A stretch of 64,000 bases of DNA. Origin: Octopus sinensis. Taxonomy: Eukaryota. The position numbers and the translations under genes are program-made. This document shows, piece by piece, positions 53,338 to 64,000 of the stretch; positions within the stretch are counted from its first letter, which is position 1, and the number at the start of each line of letters is the position of its first letter. Location: positions 202,554,001 through 202,618,000 of the forward strand of contig NC_042997.1 of NCBI RefSeq assembly GCF_006345805.1. The letters run 5' to 3'. The notes beneath the pieces are model-generated. The model was not told where the DNA came from, searched no databases, and worked only from the letters and a program-made list of their open reading frames with translations.

Positions 53338-54829
53338 GTAAGTTCACTCGTTATTTTCCGCAAACTTTCTTCTCGCCTCGCTGTCCGTTGCGTATATGTC
53401 GAAGTCGAAGCTGCACCAACCGAACATGTTTTCAGAAATGTGGAGAATTTCAACAAGACTATATATAATAACTATCATCTTCAGTCCTCCCCCCCCCCTT
53501 CTCTCTCTCTCTTACACTCTAATCCTCAAAACCCGATCCACGATGTTTCTTGTGTCTGATGCGAGTTCCAACAATCACCATAGCCATTTTATTCCTCTTT
53601 TCCTTGTCCCCCAATCTCTCTTTTTGGTACATACTTTTGATATTGTTTGTTATTTAACAAGAGAACAGCACACTGCCTCTTTTTTTGTTTTTCACATTGC
53701 TTCTCTTGTCTGCCTTTAATGCGATCCTGTTTGACAAGCCTACTAATATATATACATACACACACACATATATATATATGTACCTTTCAAACACTATCCT
53801 TGCTACACCATATTTATTTATTTATTTTCCACAACTCCCAGATGTGTTTCTTGATTATCATAACTTTTTAAAACACTTGACAGAAATTGTTATTGCCACA
53901 AACATAACACATACCATGGTTTTCATATGAGGAATGATTAGTCAACTCTTGTCAACAAAATTTTACCAGTTCTTCTACAATAACACTATACAAAACATAT
54001 ATGGTTTTATTATTAGGATTTAGATATGTAAATAAATATAAAACATTATTACCATTAAGCCAGGACACAGCCTTTATAGATAGACAAGCTCTGTTAATAT
54101 AACCATAATTCTGTGTGTATTTTATATATGTGTATATATATATAGTATAGACAGATTATATTCATTAATAATATATATAGCAGTACTAACCTAACCACAC
54201 AATTTTATAGATAAATAGATGGATTATATCTATTAAATAATATACGTATATATGTAATATATAACTACAAACTGATCACACAATTATATATATTAATAGA
54301 TTATATTCATTAAATAAAATAAGCGTTTGTATTCATATCAAATATATGCGTATAATACAAAACTAGGTGTGTTAGGTTTATTGTAGTAACACTATATATA
54401 TATTTTACATGACAATTAAAATACTTGTTTTATTTTCGATTTAAATCTGTTTACGTTAGCTATTGAAGATTTCACTTCCTTATTATAATATCATCCACCT
54501 ACAGAAGTTTTAGATCATTTTTTTCGATAGCTATCTCAACATTTTTTCTTATATATTTTATATTTGGATCTTGTTAAACAGCATCAGCTAAACTATAACT
54601 GGTTAAATACTTCCATCTTAATATAACTGTTGCCCTTGCTTTTTTTTTATTATTATTATTCTGTGAAAGCCATTGAATTTTATCCTTACCTGCATTAATT
54701 ATGTTAAATTTAGAAATAAAACTCGTTTAAAATGATTTACGATGACTTTCTTTACGAAGGTAACAGTAACATTTTTTAAAATAATGGTCTCCTTTTTGCT
54801 GCTTAGGAATCCTTAAGTATTACATTTAC

Positions 54830-54880
54830 ATTTATTTCTGCGAGCTTTACGCCTGCTCTCTTTAATAAATTCAACCACCT
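54830..54880 (-). CDS. Candidate exon (RWLNLLKRAGVKLAEIN in phase 0, or EVVEFIKESRRKARRNK in phase 1)
   Basis: Strong acceptor ttttcgcttgtttttgttccaccag and donor AAT|gtaaat. Two frames are open. Confidence 0.35.
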
Positions 54881-56411
54881 CTGGTGGAACAAAAACAAGC
54901 GAAAATATCTAAACTATTTCGTTTATATTTCCATACAAAACTTGGGACATTGTATTCCGTGATGGAAATATCGTTATGGTAACAATTAAAAAGTAAAAAA
55001 AAGAACTGTATCCTAAATGTGATGATTAAAAATCATTTCGCCATCTGTAAAATTGCGAATTTCCAATTTCATCGGTGGATGAGGTGACATGTTGGGAGTT
55101 CAATTGACAAAATAATCTTTAGCGAAGAAGGGATCAGATTTTAAAATGATCTGTTGTGTAGAATCAAAAATAGATATACACTAGCAGACTGTTTTGACAA
55201 TTGCTTCAAGATATTTATACATACATACATACATACATATATATATATATATTATATATATATATATATATATATTCGTGGGATTTAGTGCTGTCTTATA
55301 ATTTCTGTATTGTCACTTAAATGTCTAAATAGGTTGCTAGTTTCTCATTACTCAGATTTTTAGCTCTGATAATGGCAATTGTTCAAACAACTAGCTACTT
55401 AAAAGCAATTTCAATTATTCACTGGTTCGGCAAATTTTAGTCTCCTCCGGTTTGCTCTGTATTTAACTATGACCTTTATTTTCTGATCAGATTAAAGTGG
55501 ATAGTAAAGGGAGGAGTTTCACTTATTTTTAGCTTGTATTTAATTTTACTTTTCAATCGAATCGTTTACATTAAAAAAAAAGGGTCCACAACTAACAGTT
55601 GGTAATTAAAAAATATATTATCAATTGCAGTAAATACTCTGGTTTGTAGGGGAGGTTGTTTTTTTTCTTCGTTTTTTACTACTGCGTTTGTTTGGATGTC
55701 GAATGTTTGTTGCTATGGCTTGATATTTTACGACTGGTCTTAATTTTACATTTACCATTTATGAGGATTTAAATTTATGAATTCCAAGTGACTGCTTACA
55801 TTGCTTAGCATCAAAACATCTGAGTGAAGAATGCCATTTTTTTCACTGTAAAGGTCTCCAAGACATTTTGTAAATTCATTTCATCGTTCATATTTTAAAA
55901 TTAAATATCTGTTGCTAAATAAACTTTACTATGGATCATTTATGAATATTTAACATTTGATATTGCACTTTGCTTTATAAATCTAGAATGAAACTACCAT
56001 TTTTCTCTTTTTCTCTCTCTCTCTACTTCTACTCTTACCGTCTTAGAAGGTCATGTCAGGTTTTACAGGCATTGAGAAATCAGATAACAGCTTCCATGAT
56101 AATTTCATATCGGACAGTATTTTAATGAAAAGCATCCTACATTGTATATGAACATTTTGATAACTGGCTATCAACAAAATTCCAGTTTCCTTTCTTACAC
56201 ACAAGTCACAGATTCTCTCCCTCTTCCTACGTGTCTTCCATATAACTTATTTCATTCTGGCTTGATGAAGAGGTATAGTTATATTTTCTGAATTAGTTTC
56301 CTTGATCAATTTAGGCCTATGGCACACACATTATAAAACGATTAGGTGTGTGTGTATTTATATATATATTATATATATAATCAATTGTTCTGGATCACAC
56401 TGCATACTGAC

Positions 56412-56532
56412 CTGCAGTAGTCTATTAGATGTGGCATAGTGTAAAAGTCTGGACGTCCATTTTTCTTTCCTTCCAATATCCATTGTCCAATTTGTTTTTC
56501 TGTGCCAATTAGGTTCTGCTAGAAGCCAGAAG
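56412..56532 (-). CDS. Candidate exon (FWLLAEPNWHRK...SNRLLQ, or QNLIGTEKQIGQWILEGKKNGRPDFYTMPHLIDYC)
   Basis: Donor CAG|gtcagt. Two frames are open and the acceptor position is ambiguous. Confidence 0.35.
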
Positions 56533-57958
56533 CTGACAAAGTTGTTGCTTCTCAGCATTTATCATCTAGTTGAATGTTCTCACACAACATTTGAGGTTAT
56601 TGTATTTGTGATTTCTTTTCCCCTTTTTTGTTTGTTTGAACTAAATGGAAGAAAAAGTTTTTAGAATGGTGCTTGGAGTATAACTGCACATGTAGTAACA
56701 AGGGCTGTGAGTTGAAGTTTGTTATAGCCAAAGACTATATTGCTGTTTAATTTGAAAGATCTTTCTCAGTGAAGAGATTTTTCATATCCAATCCTCAATG
56801 CTTAATAAACATAGAAAATTATATTTGGAATTTGCCACTTAATAATGATGATAATTTAAAATTCTTGCAATGGACATGACTTTTGTTTTTATATTTATAT
56901 ATATATATATATATATAAATGTTCTTTAGTTCTTTTTAATTAAACACAAAAACAAAGCTTTAATACAATATTATTTGCCTTTGTTTATCATTGCTACTGC
57001 ACCTATGCAGAATCTCTTCCTGTCAGAAATAGAAACCCAATTTTAACAAGAAAGGATGCATTAGGTAAACGTATCTCAGGGAAATTCAGTGAGCAATTGA
57101 TGGTTCACTGCACTTAAATGCATATGACGAACACAGAAGTTGCTTGTTACTGAATCCTCAAAACAGTAAAACTGTACAGTAAAGCAGATGTCTATGTGAC
57201 CTGAACTAGAAGACTGTGATTGGTTAAAAATTATACAATCAAGATGGTGGTGTAAAATTTCTTTAAGGGACCTCAGCTCCAGTTTTATTGTAGCTAACAG
57301 GCAACCTTCTTCAGACTTGGTAACCTTTCATCAACAACAAGATGGAGTGGATCATTTTCTTAAATATATAGTGGATTTGAATTTCTGGGGTGGTGGGATC
57401 TCCAAGCTACAGTTTTAAATAAATTTTTTAAAAATTAGTTTTCCAATAAAATTTAATTTTGAATAATATTTAATTTTGAAGATTAAAATCTGTTAAACAT
57501 TGAAGCACAAAATGATGCATGGGTGTTTCTCTTCCTTCTTCTCCTCCCTTCCCCCTCTTGTTTATTAGATGTCTCTTGAGGTATATTAACTCTTTTGTAT
57601 TGTAGAAAAGTATATCTAATAAATTGCTTTTGAACTTTAAGTAGAAATATTTTTTGAAAGTAATTTCTTGATATTGAGAAGTAAATTCTTCGGAACTATA
57701 TTTCAGATGCACCAAAGCAAGGTCATAAATCAACATTATTGCATGTCAACTACATTCATAACAATATATGTGAAAAAAACTTCTCATATTAATTATTGAA
57801 ATATTTATAATCATACATTTTAATGAACAATTTAGCAAAAGCTTAAGTTTTCCCCATATCTGATATTTGTTATTACAGACATGCCTAAAAATATTCCAAC
57901 TTGCGTTTATTCTCAAATTGATATCTCTTCGATTTTGCTCCCTTTCTTAAAATTATAC

Positions 57959-58035
57959 CTGAAGGCGTAGAAGGAAGTAATAAAATTATCTATTCTGCAG
58001 AGTAGTTTGTTATTTCTATGACGCTGCGCTGCCAT
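57959..58035 (-). CDS. Candidate first coding exon MAAQRHRNNKLLCRIDNFITSFYAF
   Basis: gaaaATGG context with local CpGs and donor CAG|gtataa. Ends in phase 2. Confidence 0.35.
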
Positions 58036-59414
58036 TTTCAAAACCAAAAGACAACCATTAGATTGTCATCTCTCACTTAGCTGATCATACTTTAGTTCTT
58101 AGCTTTGTAAATAAAGATTTAATTATTAATCAAATTGAGGATTTAAAAAATTAACTGCAAATTACTTTATATTTTTAAATAATTCAATTCAGCTCATCAG
58201 GCATTGGTTGTTTTTGTTTGTTTTTATTATAGCACCTCTCTAGATAAGTGTTGATTTTTCTATTTGTCTTTTTTCTTTTTGTTTTCTAAAATTATGGCAC
58301 AGAATTTAATAAAATTCATCATAATGTTAAAATATATAATTAATATATTTGAAACATTTTAAGCATTGTTCTCTGGTTAAATTGGTTAAGGTGTTGCAGT
58401 TCTGATCTGTATATACACTAATCATTGCCAAAACATTGTATTGAGACTTTGAGTAAGGCATTGTTGTCTACTTACTGTAGTTTAGCTGAATGAAAAATTT
58501 TAGTGAAGTCATCTGACTGTAAAAAAACACTGCAAGAAAAAACAACCAGCCATCAGAAAAACTATATGTATTTCTCTAGTGATTTCCATCTCAAATTCAG
58601 TCATGGACCAATACTATCTTAATATTGAGGGAATAGCAGGCAGGTATGTCAGCTGTGCAATAAGATAATGCAAAACCTATATGCTATATTTAATGATAGA
58701 ATGATAAAGTAACTTACGTGTCAATGTTTGTGAAAGTGACCTCTAGTCTGTTGTCATATGATATCAAACTGTGCACAAAGGTTTATGTTTCAGATTTTTG
58801 CATGAGTTGGTATCTGAAGTATGATCAATAACAATTGAGGGTTTCTATTGTTTAAAGATGTCAGCCAAGTACAAGAAATATGTAATCTCAATGCACACAA
58901 CTGTTTTTGGTGTTGACAGTTCATTAATTTAAGACAGTGTTTGAATTAGAGGAAAGCTGAATCCATGACTTGATTACCAGTGTAAATTCATCTGGTTTGC
59001 TTAGTCTTTATTATTTTTACTGATAGAATGTGGACAGGCTCAGAATTGCATTTGACCTGACATGTGAAAGTACCAAGTTTTGAGCCAAGAATTTGCACTG
59101 CATCATTTCATATTAGATGTTATTTTTGAAGGACACTGAGATTTATTGATATAATACAGTCAATCAAGAGCCAGTCATTTTCATATTCTAAACTATGGAA
59201 TTTCTTTCTGCATAAAATCCCTGTAGAAAGGTGTTGTCTGTGTTGCCAGCTAAGGGTTTTTATCTCTATGCAAAAACAACTGTTCTTTTATTCTAATCCT
59301 CATTATTGCTTTTAATGTCCACTTTTCCATGCTGTCAAGCAATAGGTTAAACAGAATTTGTGGAGGTAAATTTTCTGTGGCTGGATGCTCTTCTTGTCAC
59401 CAACATCTCATCAA

Positions 59415-59803
59415 TCTCTCTCTATATAAAGCTGAAGTTGTCTGTGTATGGCAGGTTTGGTAGCCTTCAACTAACACTATCTCCTCCGAGACCCTGCGGC
59501 ACAAGTTGACCAAAATTGAGAGTATGATAGAAGGCCTGCTCTTCCTTCCATAGAAGATAAAATTCAAATTGGACCATGTTAAGACCAAAAATTATTTACA
59601 TCAAAAAGGTGCTTTTTTTCTATGAAAATCCCTATTTTTTACGATTTTTTTATTGCTGTGTCGCCATTTTTCGGTGTATTTCAACCAGAAAAATGTTCAC
59701 TTAAAGAGAATGACAAGCTACATAATGCGAAATTTTTACTTTTCAAAAATTCCAATTCTAAAAGGTCAAAACAAACCCAAGCAACGCCGGGTGATACTGC
59801 TAG
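59415..59803 (+). mobile_element. Non-autonomous Helitron (second family)
   Basis: 5' a|TCTCTCTCTATATAAAG and 3' ACCCAAGCAACGCCGGGT hairpin followed by CTAG|t. Confidence 0.85.
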
Positions 59804-62248
59804 TTTCCAAATAAAATAATGTTTTTTTATATCTGCACGGAAGATCGGAAGCGAAGGACACAACTTGTACAATATGACTCATTCACAACCATCTTGCAAT
59901 TTCAAGACAAGAAGACACTAGCACACACATAATCATGTGTGTGTGTATATATTTATTTATATGTAGGCGCAGGAGTGGCTGTGTGATAAGTAGCTTGCTT
60001 ACCAACCACATGGTTCTGGGTTCAGTCCCACTGCATGGTATCTTGGGTAAGTGTCTTCTACTAAGTTTTGTGAGCTGATTTGGCAGACGGAAACTGAAAG
60101 AAGCCTGTCTTGTATATATGTGTATGTCCCCTAGCATTGCTTGAAAACTGATGCTGGTGTGTTTATGTCCCCATCACTTAGTGTTTCGGCAAAATAGACC
60201 GATAGAATAAGTACTAGGCTTACAAGGAATAAATCCTGGGGTCGATTTGCTCCAGCATGGCCATAGTCAAATGACTGAAACCAGTAAAAGAGTAAAGAGT
60301 ATATATATATATTTATAGATATCAGGTTTCTTTCATTTACCAGTGCTTTGGTAGAAGACACCCAAGATGCTATGCAGTAGGACTGGGCTTAAATGCTTGA
60401 TGGTTAGGATGCAAGTTTAATCACACAGCCATACTGTGTGATATAAACAGTATCTTTTAAAATTGTGATTGGCAAGTTATTCTGTTTAATCACTACAGCT
60501 ATAGTGTTTTTTGAATTATGTTTAGAAGCTTTGAGCTGTTTGCCTTTTAACTTCCTGGTTTTCATATATATCACGAAAGTATCCAATTATAAAAAAAGTG
60601 TTTTATTCATTGATTAGTAATCTTTTGTAGAGTTGAGGTCCTCCCCCCTCGGCAGTTATGTATCTTCTGCTACACATTAACTGCTTAGATTCAACATATA
60701 TTTGTACATTAAACACAAAAATATTTCTGCTTATAACTACTAAATATAAACAGAAGAGTTTTCCTTCATACATAGTAGCAGTATATTTTTCTAGATATTA
60801 AACCTAATTTCTGGACTCTATGATTTTGGAATAATTATATGAATGATTTTTTTTTTTTTTTTGACTAGTTAAAGAACTTTAGAGAAAGCTTGGTATTCAA
60901 AAGCATTACCTGGAAGCAAAGAGTATATAGTTAAAGTAAGGGTATTTAAAAATTTTTTTTTGCCTGAGTTCAACTTTGCTTTTCATCCCTCTGGAGCTGA
61001 TAAAATGAAGTACCAGTCAAGTAATGGAGGTCATTGATATTGACTAGCTCCCTCCTCTCAGGATTGCTGGTCTTAGTGCCTAAATTAGAAACTATTACTA
61101 TTACTGGCAAAGATCTTGCTGACTGCTATAATTTGTTCAAAGTCATCACCATAACATCTGTTTCTCTCTTGAAACATGAATTACCTCAGTATGTCTTTTA
61201 TCATTTGATATGCATGCCTCATTCATTCTGATTTTGCATAGAACGAGACAACCGATTTGAAATAGAAATAAATTTCATATTCTACTATGTGAAGGAAAAA
61301 GCATGATGGTGCTCAAAATGTACCCAGTCCATTTTGTAAAGGGATTGGGATTAGGAAGGGCATCCAGCTGTAGAAACCGTGCCAAAACAGACAATTGTAC
61401 CAGGTGTGGTTCCTAGCCTTGCTAGCTCCTGCCAAACCATGCAACCCATACCAGCATGGAAAACGGACATTAAATGAGGATTATGCTTCTTTCATTTGAC
61501 CCGTGTGAATAACTTATTTTGGAAATATTGCTTCTTGTAAAATTAGCATGTGTCAGAGTATTCCACAGACCTTTTTACCATTAATGCAATTTTCATCCAA
61601 ATCACCATGACACAATGTGACAAGACTGTACAATTGCAAGAGAGAGGGGGTTGCGGAGTGGACCGTATTATTGGACTGGTATTTACTTTATCAATCCTGA
61701 AAGGATAAAAAGAGAAGTTGATCTCAGCATGATTTAAAATTAGAATGCAGACAGCCATAGCAAATACCAACAATAATTTATTATATCATGATTACTTCAA
61801 CAAACTCTTGCATGAACGAATACATCAAGGAGACGATATTTAATAGTATTGTGACTACCTTTTATGTGGAGAGCTGTTTCCAAAGTTTGTTTTTTCTTTT
61901 AGATATACCTGCAATCCCTGTGAGATGTTATGGTGAACAGCAGCTAGGATCTGTGATAATATGTCTGGTGCTGTTAGTAAATGTCAGCTGTTAAATTACC
62001 TCCCTTTATAGTAGTGGAACGTTAACGTTCTATGAAGTTCCTCCCACTACAGTCTTCTTCTGACCACGTATGTGGCAGCTAACCAGTTGTCATTGCAATG
62101 CTGTAAGACAAAATGTTCTCAGTTGTACATTGTGGGCATTTCAATTATAACAACTATTTCAGTAGCTACAGAAAAATATTAATATGATGAGCTATCAAAT
62201 AACGAATAATGAGTCATATACTTGTTTATTCCTGTTGTGAAATTAGAG

Positions 62249-62421
62249 GTCGCATGAGGACTACAAATGAGGATCGAACCAATCAGTTTATAGTAAGACT
62301 TGGTACTTACGGATATGGTTATATTCATTTATTCATAATACTTGCTGTATTTGTTGGTACTGTAGTAGTTGATAAGCAATTCAGGCTATATAATTATCTG
62401 AAACTTACAAAAGTCCACTGA
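62249..62421 (+). CDS. Candidate exon or ORF GRMRTTNEDRTNQFI(VRLGTYGYGYIHLFIILAVFVGTVVVDK...)
   Basis: Open frame in unique sequence, with acceptor ...gaaattag and an internal ATA|gtaaga donor. Phase 2 start is compatible with exon 53273-53337. Confidence 0.25.
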
Positions 62422-64000
62422 ACATATGTTAAGCGTTGTTTACACGATTTCCTCTATAACAAGTAGTAATTGTGGTAAGCTATATAGACAATAGATAAGA
62501 CCTGTTATCTGAGTAGTATTGTTGACAGCCTGGCATTAGCATAAATAATGGTGGAAATATGAAAATTATGTGAAGTAGATATGCTAAACTAATATAACAT
62601 ATTGTTAATATTGTCTGTTGCAGTAGGTTTAACCCGTGAGTTGAGAATTATGTTCTATTTGCAACTAAAGAAGATTAAGTATGCATTAGTTGAAGCCTAA
62701 ACAAACAATTTTTTTTTTCCATTCTAACATAAGTGGCAATAATTTTAAAATATTGTCCCCAGACATTTCTCGCTTTCAAATTTGGCATTTGAAAAATTGC
62801 TAAACTGTAAACTAGTTGCCCTAACAATTGTTTAAAAGAAACTTTACACTTTGTATATATATATATATATATATATATAGGTTATATTGGCACAGTAGTT
62901 TAACAAATTACCTAAGCTTTGGTCAAGAGTTATGTACCTTCTCTAAGCCTAGTGACAGCTAATCTCAGTGGAACATTTAAAAGAAAAGAACAAGATGGAG
63001 ATTGTTATAGGATACTACAGGATTTTTAATATTAGGGATAGATGAGTTGGTGATTGCATTGACATTATTTGATTCTCTTACAGACAAAAGTGAATAAGTT
63101 TTTGGGTTTTTTTTTCCTTGTTTACTTAGGATCACATAGTATGTTTACTTGGTGAAAATATTTTAGAGATCTAAAATGGGATATATGTGAAATTTGACCT
63201 CTGGAAATTGGTGCAAGTAATGTGAAGTTAGATAAATTGGCAATAAAATGTTGACTGCATTAAAACAGTTAAATGTTACTTCTTTTAACAACACTTAGTA
63301 TAGCTTTAATCATGTTTTGCTATGTAACAAATATGAATATCTTGATTATTATAGCAGAAACAATGATGACTTGAACAATGATTTGCTCAACATAGTTAAT
63401 AGTTCCTTCTGTTACTTAATTGACATAATCGATGTTGAAGGAGACTAACTGAAATAAAGAGCAGGTAGTAACAAAGAAGCTAAAATTTCTTTTGAGAAAA
63501 CAAATATTTATCCAAATTTTGTCTGAATTTCTGATATAAAGAATTATTATTATTGGCTGATATATTAAGGCAAGTGTACTCATCCTGGTTGTTATAGTCA
63601 CAAAATTTTAGCAGTTATAACCTTTTATCATTATCATCATCATTTAATGTCCGTTTTCCATGCTAGCATGGGTTGGACGGTTTGACTGGGGACTGGCAAA
63701 CCAGGAGGCCGCATCAGGCACTAATCTGGTCTGGTGGTGTTTCTACAGCTGGATGCCCTTCCTAACGCTACTTTTTTTTGTTTTTTAGCATGTTATATTT
63801 GGAATAGACTCCTTTAATCAATCCACAAGGTAAATTAATTATTCTCATTCGGTTGTTACCCATATATCCAAGGAAGGAGATTACAATGACCATAACCAAG
63901 ATTAGGAATCTAGTTCAATTATATCAGTAAATCATAAGAGGCCATACAAAATGGGGATGGTACTGAAGCACGTCATGTTGAGCTGTGTGTAGAAATATAG

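Noticed and set aside
62250-62285. GRMRTTNEDR resembling a PP2C phosphatase motif 1
   Set aside because: No other PP2C motifs (DGH, DG, DN) were found in compatible nearby exons, so the match is too short to name.

Overview
This is AT-rich, repeat-dense eukaryotic DNA. The SINE and LINE-tail families look like those of octopus (coleoid cephalopod); that assignment is my recognition, not a search result. About 1-47.6 kb and 59.3-64 kb are packed with several element classes. These are two tRNA-headed SINE families, 3' tails and decayed ORF2 fragments of RTE-clade LINEs, TTAA-flanked piggyBac-type MITEs, non-autonomous Helitrons, one internally deleted DD37D (maT) Tc1/mariner element, a pogo/Tigger-like remnant and Penelope-like tails carrying degenerate minimal hammerhead motifs. 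About 47.7-59.3 kb is nearly free of young repeats, visibly richer in CpG, and holds several candidate first or internal exons on both strands. A phase-compatible chain of short + strand exons (12.0-44.1 kb) may be a host gene. I could not name any host protein, and all host-exon calls are low to moderate confidence. Most ORFs in the supplied track are repeat-derived or microsatellite noise. I found no convincing novel multi-gene system. The best leads are the hammerhead motifs, the structured tandem repeat in the RTE 3'UTR, the inverted SINE pair, and the repeat-poor island with a frameshifted exon.
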